64,000 nucleotides of DNA, from the NCBI GenBank assembly GCA_964016885.1, contig OZ024740.1, forward strand, positions 192,572,001-192,636,000, in the 5' to 3' direction. Positions 1-13,531 of the stretch are shown here, one piece after another (the first letter of the stretch is position 1; each line of letters starts with the position of its first letter). The stretch is from Eledone cirrhosa. Its lineage: Eukaryota. Made by a program: the position numbers and the translations under genes. A model generated the notes under the pieces. The model ran no database searches. It had not been told where the DNA came from and worked only from the letters and a program-made list of their open reading frames with translations.

Positions 1-51
1 ATATTAAATGTGAAGACTAAAACCCAAAGAGAGCTCGATATTTTAATAAGG

Positions 52-98
<47 letters not shown>

Positions 99-413
99 TA
101 TATAAAGTGAGAAAATGCGAGAGCGGGAGAGAGACTGAGAAAGAGAGAGAAAGAGAGAGGGGAAGAGGGAGGAAGAATCATGTGGTTTATCCAATCAAAT
201 ACGATCAACAATGTTGTAGAGCAACATGGAGTCCATCTAATCGTTGAGAAAATTGAAAGAATAAAATAATTTTGAAACTTTGGATATTTTATTGCTCTTT
301 CTGTGTTTAGAAAATTCGTCATTATACGAGAGTTTATTAACTGATGGATTGCTCGGCAAATATTACGATTTATGATATGTATACACACATATATATATAT
401 ATATTTATGTGAA

Positions 414-470
<57 letters not shown>

Positions 471-540
471 TCCATTTACCAGTGGTTTCTTAAAAGCAAA
501 AGATGTTGCTTTCAATCCTCAGAATGAAAAAATCCTGGTC

Positions 541-598
541 TGTTTATTGAATTTGGATTTTAAAAACCAAATTTTTTAAAATCCCAATTCAATAAACA
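541..598. repeat. Short near-perfect inverted repeat (hairpin)
   Basis: tgtttattgaatttggattttaaaaa ... tttttaaaatcccaattcaataaaca; the arms are about 26 bp and reverse complementary. Confidence 0.75.
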
Positions 599-1094
599 TA
601 GCAGTTTATTATATATTATATGTGTTACTTTAATCATTTCATTACTTCATGTTATACTGTATATTAGATATACGTATTATTATTATTTTTATTCCTATTA
701 TGCTTATTTATATTTAAACTCTTAATAAGGTTTAATTTGTGCTGTTAATGATGGAAATGTGTATTGATGTATATGTATATGTGCGTACGTGTGCGTACAT
801 ATATACATATGTATATTGTGCCTTTTAATTTTAATTTTAATATTGTTACAAGTATATTATATTATATTGTATTATATATAGTACTATAATTCCCGCTCTA
901 TATAACCACCTTTGTTTAGTTCTAGTTTTCTTGCTTTGGACTATATTTGTAATATGGTTCAAAATGTTATCCACCTCAGTGATTTTTGTTATATATTTTA
1001 CCCATAATCTTCCAATACTTTAATGTATGTACACTCCATATTCTTCGGAGTTTCCGGCTTGTATTGGCCGATAGTACTTCTTGTGGTTTTGATC

Positions 1095-1132
1095 GCCCTG
1101 ATGAGTCCTTAATAGGACGAAACATTGTTGGC
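1095..1132 (+). ncRNA. Minimal type I hammerhead ribozyme motif
   Basis: GCC-CTGATGA-GTCCT(TAAT)AGGAC-GAAAC-ATT-GTT-GGC: intact core, 5-bp stem II, short stems I and III, followed by AATAAA. Confidence 0.7.
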
Positions 1133-1417
1133 TAATAAAGACTTTTGATGTATTGAAGGCTTCTTTGTTTTATTTTCATAATATATATATACATATAAAA
1201 ACACACACAGGACAAAATGAAAACACACACACACATAGAACAAACAACCAACCAACAATAAATAAATAAATAAATAAACAAATAGATAAATGAACACAAA
1301 CACACACATACACCCGGATGTGGCGCATGCGCAAACTGAGCACACAACACACACACAGAAACAAAATGGCGTAGGATAGAAGAAAGGAAAGGCACAGAAA
1401 CAAAGGAAGGAATCCCC

Positions 1418-1462
1418 AGTCACTGAAGAGGTCACAGAGTGTGTGACGAAAGGAGTATGACT
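1418..1462 (+). ncRNA. Type I hammerhead ribozyme motif (slightly degenerate)
   Basis: AGTCA-CTGAAGAG-GTCAC(AGAGTGT)GTGAC-GAAA-GGA-GTA-TGACT; 5-bp stems I and II, with a mismatch in stem III. Confidence 0.65.
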
Positions 1463-1687
1463 ATATATAAACAACTATCTGGTTGTGGAACCAACCAACC
1501 AACCAGAAATGTATAAGTTTGTAAATTTAAAAATTTATAAATTTATAAATATATAATAAATTGAAGTGAAAGCAACTGGTGCGTGTGTTTCTTATTGGCA
1601 ACATGACCCTCCCAAAGTATAACAATATCGGTTTCAACACACGATTTCAGATAAAGAATCTTGCTAAACAAATTCAGAAACGAAATA

Positions 1688-1742
<55 letters not shown>

Positions 1743-1899
1743 ATAGGGAGAAAAATACGATTATTAAGAAGAAAAATATTTTTTTCTCCTTTAATTTTGT
1801 TCCTTTTTTCTGAGTAAGAAAATGTTTAAGCAAGATATTTTACTTTGTGTCAAGTGTTAAGGTATTAGTTAATTTATTTATTAATTACCAATGGCATGG

Positions 1900-3160
1900 A
1901 ATTATTTATTTATATATTTAATAATTGTCTATTACCGGTTTCAGCATTTTATGCATTATAAAAGTGGGGAATTTGTATTGGTGTAAAATGTTGGTGATGT
2001 TGAACATGTTAAGGAGATGGGGAATAAAGAATAATATTATTTACAAACAATGTTTTTGAAGTGAAAATAAAAAATAAAAAAAATGGGGGAGTGATGTGGA
2101 ACATGATAAGGTATGGGAAAGAAAAAATAATATTATTTACAGGCATAGTTCTTGAGGATAAGCAGTTCAAAACGTGTTATTATGAGAAGAGCGCTTAGTT
2201 GATCCATGATGGAGGCAAATGATAGTCTAATGTTTGATATGATTTCTCTTGTTAGAGAGATAATATGCACGGGGAGGTAATCCAGGGTGGCCAGGTAGGG
2301 GAGAGAGAAATGAGAGGGGTTAATTCATTTATATACGAAAAAGGTTTAGTAGGGTGTGAGGGAGGTAACTCTTTAGAGAACATAGGAATTTGGTTTTGAT
2401 TCATTGTTCGTTCCAGTTTTAGTTTAGTCTGAAGTTTAGTCCATTAAGTAGAGGTTGTAATTTGTTCATGAAGTACGTTTCCATATTGGTACGATGGATG
2501 AAAGAAGCGTTGTCTATGAATTTGTAAATGGGGAACATTTTAAAGTTTAGATGTTGGCGATATGTTCACTATAAGCAATCGTTCTGTATTCCTGTATTTT
2601 AATTTGTGATCTATGGACGGTCATACGTTTTCGGGGACTGTTGTTTGTCTGTCATATGTAGTGCTCTTGACAACCTGAGAATGTCAAATCATAGATTAGG
2701 TTTTCAGATGCACATGTAAAGTTGTGTTTAACTGTGAAATGTTGTCCTTGTTTAACATGGAATGTTGAACCTACTATTATATTTAGGCAAATACCACAGT
2801 TAGGCCTTCCGCATGTGTTTTTACTATATAATTCATTGTGAGGGTTGGTTGGATTTTGGCTTGTGTGAGGATGTTTTTTATGGATTCAGGTTGTCTTTTG
2901 CTCTTTATGATGATGTGTGTTTGGAGGATTTTGTTCATTCTTGGGTCTCTTTTTAGTAAAGGAATGTTCTGGAGTATGGTGTCGAATGCTTCATTGTTGA
3001 GGGTTGTATGGTAGAGTTTTCGTTTGCGGCTCATTCCTGAGTTTGGGGTGTCTGAGTTCCTGGATGTTGAGTTTTAGGGCACGTTGGAATCCATTGTTGA
3101 TTAGGATGGTGGGTAGTTTCTGCTAGTTTCTTTAATTCTTCTAGTCGTGTGTAGCATGTC
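1900..3160 (-). mobile_element. Decayed Penelope-like element 3' part (Cys-rich linker, GIY-YIG region, 3' UTR)
   Basis: ORF 2783-3034 (IIKSKRQPESIKNILTQA) continues through frameshifts into FTCASENLIY..FSGCQEHYI.QT..RMTVHR, a GIY-YIG pattern typical of PLEs. A roughly 77-bp tandem duplication lies in the 3' UTR (about 1994-2150). The low-coordinate boundary is approximate. Confidence 0.7.
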
Positions 3161-3216
3161 TATTTATCTGCAACTATACACACACATATATATATGTGTG
3201 TGTGTGTATATATATA

Positions 3217-3432
3217 TGAGGTTAGCTGGACATGTTCACCGACATCCAGAGTTGACACTTCACTCACTTCTCCTGTGGGAGCCCCTACATGGGCACACTG
3301 GATGAGGAAGACCAAGGTTAACAGATGTTGATGCCCTGAAGACAGACACTGGTGTGTTGGAGATGCAGGACATGGCAGTGGTAATGAGAGATAGAGACTG
3401 CTGGAGAGAACTCGTCCATGGTTCTCGGGAAT
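3217..3432 (+). mobile_element. RTE/RTEX-type LINE 3' fragment (copy 1)
   Basis: Highly similar to 7203-7420 and 9545-9760 ([29 protein letters not shown]). Begins directly after a TA tract. Confidence 0.85.
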
Positions 3433-4011
3433 TATAATAGACAAATGATATAGCTTCTCGGGAAGGAATAATAGACACATCATATAGCTTCTTTTCCGCG
3501 ATATACAGCCACATGATATTCACCAAATATCCCTTCTCTCCAGTAGAAATTGACTAGACATATAGTTAACTACACGTAATTAGGTACAAAATCGAAGTTA
3601 GGAGAAAAAATGTACATACACTTTCTGCCTTGACAGGCACCAATCACAAACTTTCTACCTTGACCACTGGCCACGTGATGGTTCTTAGCCAGTTTGAATT
3701 CATTCCTGGCGTGGATCATGGTAGAAAAATCTTAGTCCAGTATGAGGTATCTCCTGATGAGTTCTGAGCCTCGTGGATTTATCCAAGACCGGATATATTC
3801 AAAAAGTGGAAGGAAACCGCAGTGTGGTAGAGATTATGAAGATTCTTGTAAATTTGATGTACATTTTTTCTCCCAACTTCGATTTTGTACCTAATTCATG
3901 TGTAGTTAACTATATGTCTAGTCAATTTCTACAGGCTAGTAGGAATATTAGGTAAATATCATGTGGCTGTATATCGCGGGAAAGAAGCTATATCATTTGT
4001 CTATTATTTCT
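3430..4011. repeat. Inverted repeat of about 160 bp (about 3460-3617 vs 3856-4011) around a hammerhead-containing spacer; PLE pseudo-LTR-like
   Basis: e.g. gtagaaattgactagacatatagttaactacac vs gtgtagttaactatatgtctagtcaatttctac; ccgcgatatacagccacatgatatt vs aatatcatgtggctgtatatcgcgg. Confidence 0.85.
3749..3834 (+). ncRNA. Type I hammerhead ribozyme motif with long stem II insertion
   Basis: ATCTC-CTGATGA-GTTC...GAAG-GAAAC-CGC(AGT)GTG-GTA-GAGAT; stems I and III pair well. Confidence 0.65.
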
Positions 4012-5089
4012 TCATAAGTACATTTTAAACTTATAGCCTTGTTATATATATATATAAGTATATAAGTATTTATTCCTTTTTAAGCAAAATGAGTACTGGC
4101 ACTTAAACTATGCATGTGTGTCTATGACTTAGTTTAGGCTTGTGTCTTCGGTTGTTTATTTAGGTGTTTCATTGTTTAGTGTAAGTTAGTGTTTCGACAA
4201 TTATGAATTGATTGTCAATCTTGAAATTATAAACATTGAGGTTGATAAATCTCTTAAGACGCGACGCCAGTATGGTCATTGTCGGCTAACTGAAACCAGT
4301 GAAAGAATATAAAGGTAGGTGTTTCTAATGATTCCTCCATTAATAAACACAATATAGCGCTGCTGATTTGAGGGGTGATTTCTTTTTCTAAAGCTTTGGG
4401 CAGTTAAGTATCAATTATCTTGTTTCTTAGATTAAAGTTGTTTGTGAGATGATCAACAGCAATCCGGAAAGTAATGAAAAACGAACAGCTAATTCTGTAT
4501 TACAAGTATGGATGTAAACATTTTATGTTTGTAACGTAACTGGAATATCTATTTATTTGCAATTAGTGTTTGTAATATTTTTTAACAATTATAGTGGTCT
4601 GCGTTTCTGTGTGTATCTGATTTATAGCAATTTCCTTAGCATTTATTATTTTGTTATTGCATATGATTCAATGTTTTGTGTGGTAACATTTGGCTAGCTC
4701 GCAAAGAACAAAAACATGACTGTATCAACGCATGCCTAATGTACATAATTTAAGCATTTAAAAATGTAATTCCGTTTATGCTAAGAGTATAGTTTCTTAA
4801 CCGATACTTCAAGTGGTTTCTCACTTAGAATCTCATACGTCAGGTCCTGAAATTCAATAATGACAATATGAACTATATTTCATGTAATACTGGTAGAAAA
4901 TAACGACCAGCGGGAACAAGTAAATATATTAGTTTGCTCTACATTGCTTTATATCGTTTCTAAAAGAGTGGGTTAAATGTTTGCACAAACACATAAGAAA
5001 CATCAATTACTACTGGAAGATACATTAAATGGTACCATACATTTTTGGAATTAACAGTTTATGCCATTAGATTCCATCCAAATGTTACA

Positions 5090-5245
5090 TTATACTATAT
5101 TGACACTACTGCCCCCAACCTTGTCACGTCGGCCACGAACCAAGCATCCGCTGCTAATAATGCAGAGGTGGAGAAGATAGTTAAATATTGTGACTTAACC
5201 AACCACATCCGATGTGTAGGGGTCTCTCTCAAGACCTATGGTGTT
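5090..5245 (+). mobile_element. Probable RLE-domain fragment of a CRE-like non-LTR retrotransposon
   Basis: IDTTAPNLVTSATNQASAANNAEVEKIVKYCDL...VSLKTYG resembles the DT.AP...AA..AE..K..KY..L...ET.G pattern of restriction-like endonuclease C-termini. Confidence 0.5.
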
Positions 5246-6568
5246 CGTAATGCCCGCAGCCCGCTTGAGGGAGGAGCTCGATAAGGTGGGGTGGCAGTTG
5301 CGGTGGGTTTTCTCTGGCCCTTCTCTGTGTTAATGTCTTTGCCATTTTATCCGCGAGGTAAAGCTGAAACACCGCTTAATGGTGTGAAGTGTATGTTCCT
5401 TTACCTCTCCCTTTCTTTGCTTAATTCTTTTTCTTCTTTTTATTACCTTTTTGGTTCCGTTTGATAGTGTTATGTTTCTGTACCAATAGATTTGTGAAAT
5501 AGAATAATCTTTCGATTTAATTATTCGACGCCGGGCCTATGATTTGTGTCTTGTACAGATATATCGCTATCTCTTCATTTTGATTTGCAGTTATTGTGTT
5601 TAAGCTTGGATGGTGCTTAGCCATATTTCAATCTTGTTTGATCAGATAATTTTTCAGGAGTATCCCATTCTTGCCGCTTTAATGATTGTAATGAATGCAT
5701 TATTCGGTGTGCGCCATCAACACACCATGAATATTATATATGCACGTAATAAATATTTAGATTAATCTTACACCTAAATTTTGAATTTCAGATTGACAAA
5801 AATATATGATGCCAAATAGAATAGAGAAATGAAGATTTTTTGTTACCTTTATCATTATTATCTAGTATACATTGCCTATACAATTATCTTTTGCGTGATC
5901 CAGTTAACCTAGTTTACCAACTACGAATCTAAAGGAAAATAGAGATTATCTATTTTAATATTAGCAGCTTTTTCTATAAATTTCCCTGGTTTAATTTGCT
6001 TAAAATTACCTCCGTTTTTCTATGCTAAAACAGAAAGCATTAGATATGTCCACGCCTGTAAGACTGATGGAGAAGAAGAAACAGGAGTCCTTCTCGGAAT
6101 ACAGTACGATACAGAGTAAGAGAATGGTGGTAATGATAAAATGCCAACCGTTTAATTCTTCCACCTAACTATTAATACATTTTACCCGACCGACATAGAG
6201 TTTCCATCGAACAAATGTCGTTCAGGGCACATAGAGTTACACGCAGCCAGAGATGATTATATTTCACGAGGATACCTATTTGTTGTGCAAATGAAAACAC
6301 GTCTGATGAGATGATAGGTAATAGAATGTGAGTGAACATCAAATACACTATGCACACTAAAACCATAACGAGATATGACGTACGCTAATGAATTTAGCAA
6401 ACTAGATCAGACAAGAAATATGAATGAATATTTATCAGTACATTTGACCGGAATCATATTTGCAACTCGCATAGAATTATGAAATCGTAGTTTTAAAAAT
6501 CAGTACAGATGAGCAATGTGAACATATATTAAGAAATATATATATATATATATACACATATATACAAT

Positions 6569-6643
<75 letters not shown>

Positions 6644-6837
6644 TTTATTTATTTATTAAAATAACAGATTAAATTTTAAGCAAAGAATCGCTGCTTTCAC
6701 CCTTAACGGGATCTTCTTAAACTAACAAAGTCAATCTGTAAACGCAGAAGTGGATATTTCAAAAAACGTTGCAACGGGGGGAAGACAGGAAGACGATACT
6801 TTTGTCGTAAACCCTAATTTATCCTGTTTGTTGTCTG

Positions 6838-7433
6838 CTTTTGAAGCCGCTAGAATTGGTTGAGGACTTCTTGTATTCGGGAGCAAAGATTGGGAATACG
6901 GAATATGATTTGGTTGAGAGTAAGAGCAAAGCCTGGGCGGCGTGCCACAGCTTGAGATCGGTGTGGAAATCGGACCTTCGTAAAGACCTGCAAATGCGTG
7001 TCTTCATTACTGTAGTGGAGTCTGTGCTGCTGTACGGGTCTGAGACTTGGACACTGACCAAGAAACTCACTCAATGGTGGATGGGTGCTACACGAGAATG
7101 CTGAGGATGGCTCTGAACATTAATCAGTATACACTGAGGATGAAAATTTCAGAGTTGTATGGGGGCCTCGCAAAAGTCAGCTCAAAAGTGACACAGAGGA
7201 GACTGAGGTTAACTGGACATGATCACCGACATCCAGAGTTGACATTGCACTCAGTGCTCCTGTGGGAGCCCCTACATGGACACACTGGAAGAGGAAGACG
7301 AAGGTTGACGTATGTTGATGCTCTAAGGACAGATACTGGTGTGTTAGAGACGCAAGACATGGCAGCGATGATGAGGGACAGAGACCGCTGGGGAGAACTT
7401 GTCCTTGGATATCGGAAATTTTACCCCCCCTAG
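6838..7433 (+). mobile_element. RTE/RTEX-type LINE, 5'-truncated (copy 2)
   Basis: Frameshifted ORFs 6841-7104 and 7047-7433: VEDFLYSG, VESVLLYGSETWTLTK, DGCYTRMLRMAL, RRLRLTGH..RGR.RLTYVD..DRDRW. The stop codon abuts (TA)n. Confidence 0.9.
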
Positions 7434-7850
<417 letters not shown>

Positions 7851-8085
7851 TGTTTAATTTGGTTCTTTTCGCTCTGTCCCGATAACTTAATTTAGTTATC
7901 GCTCGCACTGATTTTAGGTTCCTAGTCTTTAATGCGAAGAAATAGCAATGGTAATCAGTAGACTACTGATGATGGACAGTCGTGTCTCGGTCTATATTCT
8001 CTTATATAACTGAACAAAACGGGAACCATGTTTCAGTTTTCTATTTGATTTAGAAGTAGAAGTTTGGAGTATACTAATTTCAACA

Positions 8086-8163
8086 CCCACTGATGATCGC
8101 GCAATTTCGTATTTCTCTTCACAAATAATATTGCGAAACGGCTATATCAAAGACCGTCTGAGC
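8086..8163 (+). ncRNA. Hammerhead-like motif (degenerate, extended stems)
   Basis: CCCA-CTGATGA-TCGC-GCAAT...ATTGC-GAAAC-GG...CC-GTC-TGAG. Confidence 0.5.
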
Positions 8164-8617
8164 GATGGTAGTTACGACAATACGGGTTTGTATTTATTTT
8201 TCTTAATTTGTTCTCAAAGTGTGTCCAACAACCCTATTGTCTCTAGTTAGTATTTTTTTCACCTTAGCGATTTTGGTTCATTACGATTTGAACACAAACA
8301 CATATATATATTTATATATATGAATATATATATATACATATACATATGTCTGTGTTCGTTTTTCCCTTTTTTTTTTCTTTTTGTTCAGTTAGATATATAG
8401 ATATGTATTTTTATTGTGTGTTTTTTTGCTTGTGCTTTTTGCTTTTACTTATACCTATTACACATCCAACAACTGGTGCCTGTAATAGTGTTATTTCAAA
8501 TGGAACATCTTTTTAAATCCTGAATCTCCACAGGATGCCTTTGACACTAATACAAATATGTACCCTAAATGTTCTAAATGACTAGGATTTTAGTTACACG
8601 TTTTCGACATTCCTTAT

Positions 8618-8662
8618 GCTCCGATGAATCCAGACCTCCCTCTGGAAGAAACAATTGTCAGC
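8618..8662 (+). ncRNA. Hammerhead-like motif (core point mutation)
   Basis: GCT-CCGATGA-A-TCCAGA(CCTCCC)TCTGGA-A-GAAAC-AATT-GTC-AGC; the loop III region CAATTG is palindromic. Confidence 0.5.
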
Positions 8663-8698
8663 TAATTAATGTTCTAAACTAAATTTGATCGTTTTAAC

Positions 8699-9467
<769 letters not shown>

Positions 9468-9774
9468 GTATACACTGAGGATGAAAAACTCAGAGCTGTA
9501 TGGGAGCATCCCAAGAGTCAGCTCAAAAGTGACACAGAGGAGACTGAGGTTAGCTGGACATGCTCACCGACATCCAGAGTTGACATTGCACTCAGTGCTC
9601 CTTTGGGAGTCCCTACATGTACACACTAGAAGAGGAAGACCAAGGTTAACGTATGTTGTTGCCCTAAGGACAGACACTGGTCTGATGGAGACGCAGGACA
9701 TGGCAGCGATAATGAGGGACAGAGACCGCTGGAGAGAACTCGTCCATCGATCTCGGGAATTTTACCCGCCTTAG
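9468..9774 (+). mobile_element. RTE/RTEX-type LINE 3' fragment (copy 3) inside (TA)n
   Basis: [35 protein letters not shown]...SREFYPP*, with TA repeats on both sides. Confidence 0.9.
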
Positions 9775-10112
9775 AAAATATATATATATATATATGTATA
9801 TATATGTATATATACATATATATATATACACATATATACACATGTGCATAATATACACATACACATATATATACACACATATATATATATACACACAGAA
9901 TATAACATAAAAAACATACACACCCATATATATATATATATCATGTATGAGATGAATATGTTGAAAATATGATCATATTTTATATCAAATATACTAAGCA
10001 AAGTAATTATAATTAGTAGACAAAACGCCATCATTTAAATGGAACCGCAGTATCATTCCAAAACGGGAAGAGTGCGCACAAAAAATATGTTCAGAAGGTG
10101 TTATAGATAATA

Positions 10113-13100
10113 CTAGCATAGGCATCCGGCGTTGTCCGGGAATGAAATTGTTCCTTACATATTAGAAGAAAAGAGCAAAATATGTTGTATAGAAATGTGT
10201 TATTCAAAATTCAATCTATTCTTCAATTGGGACCCACGATGAAATCAATTCTGAGTTCATAAAAAAAATAATTGATGTGAGCAAAATAAATTTCAAATTC
10301 CATGAAGGAGGGGAGGGGGACAGAAGAAAGGGTCGTGTGTGTGTTCACCTTTAAACAAAGGAAGCAAATGTTGTTAGGAAGAATAAGTAAAGAGCGATAA
10401 CGTACCTGTCTGTCCATTGTAGCGCTTATAACACTGTTTTAGCAGATGCTTGTCGGTATGAATTTACCATTGCTGTAGTTATCAAACAATTTTAAGTAGG
10501 GCCTCTTAAATAGGGTTGTTTGTGCGTTCACTGACAGCCCTAAAAATGAGGACTCACCATCAACAGTTCCGGCCCTTAAAAGGGCCGTTTGATCGTTCTC
10601 TTGCAGCCCTTGAATGGAATTTGACTGCGTTCTCCAACGGCCGCAAAAGTACTTCAGTTGCGTTCATTGGCAGCCATTAGAATGAATCTGTATGTGTTCA
10701 CGATTTGTTCAGCTGCCTTAAATTGCCGCACCGATTGTCAAGCTGGTTTCCTCTCTGAAGGCGATCACCTTTAACCGAGGGAAATATACGTTTCAGATAA
10801 GAGACCGTTTAAAAGCTCATCAGGCTGGCTAAAGAAATGGTGATTACGGACCATCTCCTCGCTGTTGCTTTTACAGCACCTCGTTGTAAACGTTGTTTCT
10901 TGTTTTTCCTCGGCGTACAAATGAGAAACGACTTTTCCTGCTGCCCACTCTAGAGCACTCAACGTACAATTGTCCGTGGGATAAACACGGTCCTTCCAGA
11001 AGTCCGGCCACAGAAAAAGTCTGGCCCTGGGAGTTGTTGATGGACCCGAAACTGACCTGAAGTGGAAATTGGAGACTTCGGAAGGTGAACGGAATTTCTT
11101 CTCCGGAGGGAATGAGAGGAATTCTCGGAATGAAGACATCATCACCTTTTCCGCACCTAGAAAGGATTTTTGCCTAGATTACATGTGCCATCAATTTTTT
11201 TACAACCAGCCGTGTCCCATTGCAGTCTTGGTGGTTCCGAACGCAGCAGCATTACAGGGGTGCCAACTTTAAGGAGAAGCATGTGAAGCGGTAGTCCTGG
11301 GGGCTCCAAAGTATTGAGGAACTCTGGCAGAAAGTTCACCACTTCATTGGGATCTGGTATCATGTGAAGAACACCAGAAAGAGAGTGCAGTAGTTGGTCG
11401 TTGGTTTTGTTAACAGCAACGTTTTTTTGGAGCTAGCACTTCTCTTTCACACAACCATACGTGGTTCTGGTAATTGTCTCTCAAATCTAGAAACAGTCTT
11501 TCAGTTCCTCCGCAGAATTAACTGAGGTCGAAAATGGCAACACTTCCAACTCTCCTGCAGCATCCAGAGGTACTTTGACGTCCCCAAGTTTCAAAATGTC
11601 CTGCACAAATTCTGCGGACGTTTGGTCGCCGTGTAATTGAACTCTCATGTTGGTTGTAAGAATCAGTGTCCTGACATGGCGCCACAGAGGAGAGGACTTT
11701 AGGCATGCTTGGACCCCATCTGCTCTTGTGCCTTTGGGAATGACGGGAAGAGTCTGTCTGAAGTCACCCGAAAGCAGAAGGGTAACACCTCCCATGGGAG
11801 CCTGGCAACCTCTGATGTCCTTGAGAGCTCTGTTTAATACGTTCAGAGCTCCCTTATGTGCCATGGTGCACTCATCCCACACAATGAGCTGACATCATTT
11901 TAGGACTTGGCCCTGGTCGGAGGTCTTGCTGATGCTGCAAGTAGGCGTTTCTGACGTTGTGAAATTGAGAAGCAATTTAAAAGTGGAGTGTGTGGTCATG
12001 CCACCGGGCAACAAAGTGGCAGCAATTCCAGAAGAGGCAACAGCAACCGCAATTTCCTTGTGCATCCTGACTTTTGCAAGGAGGAGTCTCGTTAAACATG
12101 TTTTTCCCATCCCTGCAGGAACATCCAGAAAGAACGTACCTCCTTTTCTGTGGCGTACATAGTCGGCCACAATGGTGTAAGCACGACGTTGGTCCGGAAA
12201 AGTTTGTGGTTCAGTTTCAAGGACGTACTTGCTAAGAGCGTCGACGTCGTAGGATGTTTCTCGGAGAAGAGCTGTAGGAAGTATGTTTGACCCTGTATGA
12301 GACTTGGCCTCTCTTGATGAGCTCCATGGGATTGATAAGCTTCAGCCGAAAGACTCGGGCCAGGAGGTAATGCCTGTTGCTGTTGGAACAGTTCTACCCT
12401 GATCTCCTTCCACTTTGGCTTGCAAGTCAATGTGATGAACAGATCGGGCCAGCCGTAATGCCGTACGTAGGTCATAGCATCATGCGTTCTCTCGTGCATG
12501 TAGCGCGGACTTCCGGTGAAGGTGGAGGGGAGAATGCAGACGTTTCCTACGCTGCTGGTAGCTGCGTCATTGTTGATGGCATCTCGGAGATGGATGTAGC
12601 TCTCGGATCGCAGTTGCCTTTGCTGTGACCGTATGATACACAGTCTCTCCGATTCCATTTTTGCGCACATATCAACGGCAAATTGGTGAAGTAGGTCTCT
12701 TGACTGTTGCAGGTGATTGAAGGAATCGTGGCGAACCATGAAGCGGTAGGAGTAGAAATCCATGCCTGAAACTGTTTTTTTGACGGAGTGCTGAGTGTTT
12801 ACTGGATTATGCTGGTGAATTCCGTATTGATAGCCGTCCTCACCATTTACAAAGAGAATTGGATACTGGAGCGCATCGTAAGACCTATGTGTTTCGCTGA
12901 TTCGCTGAAGAGTGCTATCTCGACGCTTGAGGACAATGTCTCGTGGATTATGCTGACCCCCATGCATAAGTACAGCGATTTCATTACATGTAGGATAATT
13001 ATACCGACCCGGATGCTCCCCAGATGGCATTTTCGAGGCATCAATTACCACATTAAAATTGGCTGTGGTATCTGCTTCCAAGGCATACTTGAAGCTAATG

Positions 13101-13531
13101 ACATATATGTTTGTTGTGTGCTGAATGTCTTGCAGCTTCCTTATAAGCTCGACGTTGGGACCAGGTGAAATGGAGTTCTTCCTGGCTGCCTGCTTGTTGA
13201 CATTCCCAACAAAGTACAGCTGAAGAAATTGAGGTTCTTGATTGGCGGCAGGCTGGAGGGATCCGATTCTATGGTACACCTGAGCTTGAACCTTAAATGT
13301 GGGCATAAATCCGCCTTCCTTGACAATGTTCGCCCCGAAAGATGTCATTTAGAAAGCACAGTTATACCTCCGGATGTAAGTCAGGAAATGCCGTGACTCC
13401 GCAGTACTGCCTGAATATAGGAGCTTCAACGGTTATGGTGGATCCTCCAGGGGACGTAATTTTACTTTTCCATTGGTGCAACACAAGCCAGCTGTTTCTC
13501 CGGGACACTTTTTTGCATTGCAGAAAGAACA
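10113..13531 (-). mobile_element. Decayed Helitron (RepHel), internally deleted, with intact 3' end
   Basis: N-terminal CSFCNAKKCPGETAGLCCTNGKV; Rep region (TSFGA, YDALQYP, ILPSTFTGSPRYM, PDLFITLTC); PIF1-like helicase (GMGKT, VASSGIAATLL, WDECTM, GDFRQTLPV, PPGLPLHML.LKVG.PVMLLR). The 3' terminus reads CCGGACAACGCCGG hairpin, then CTAG|T at 10113. Confidence 0.92.

Noticed and set aside
7965-7995. CTGATGA-TGGACA..TGTC motif (similar isolated cores at about 6303, 22968, 31021 and 51230)
   Set aside because: There is no properly placed GAAA, stem III or stem I, so these are not called as hammerheads.
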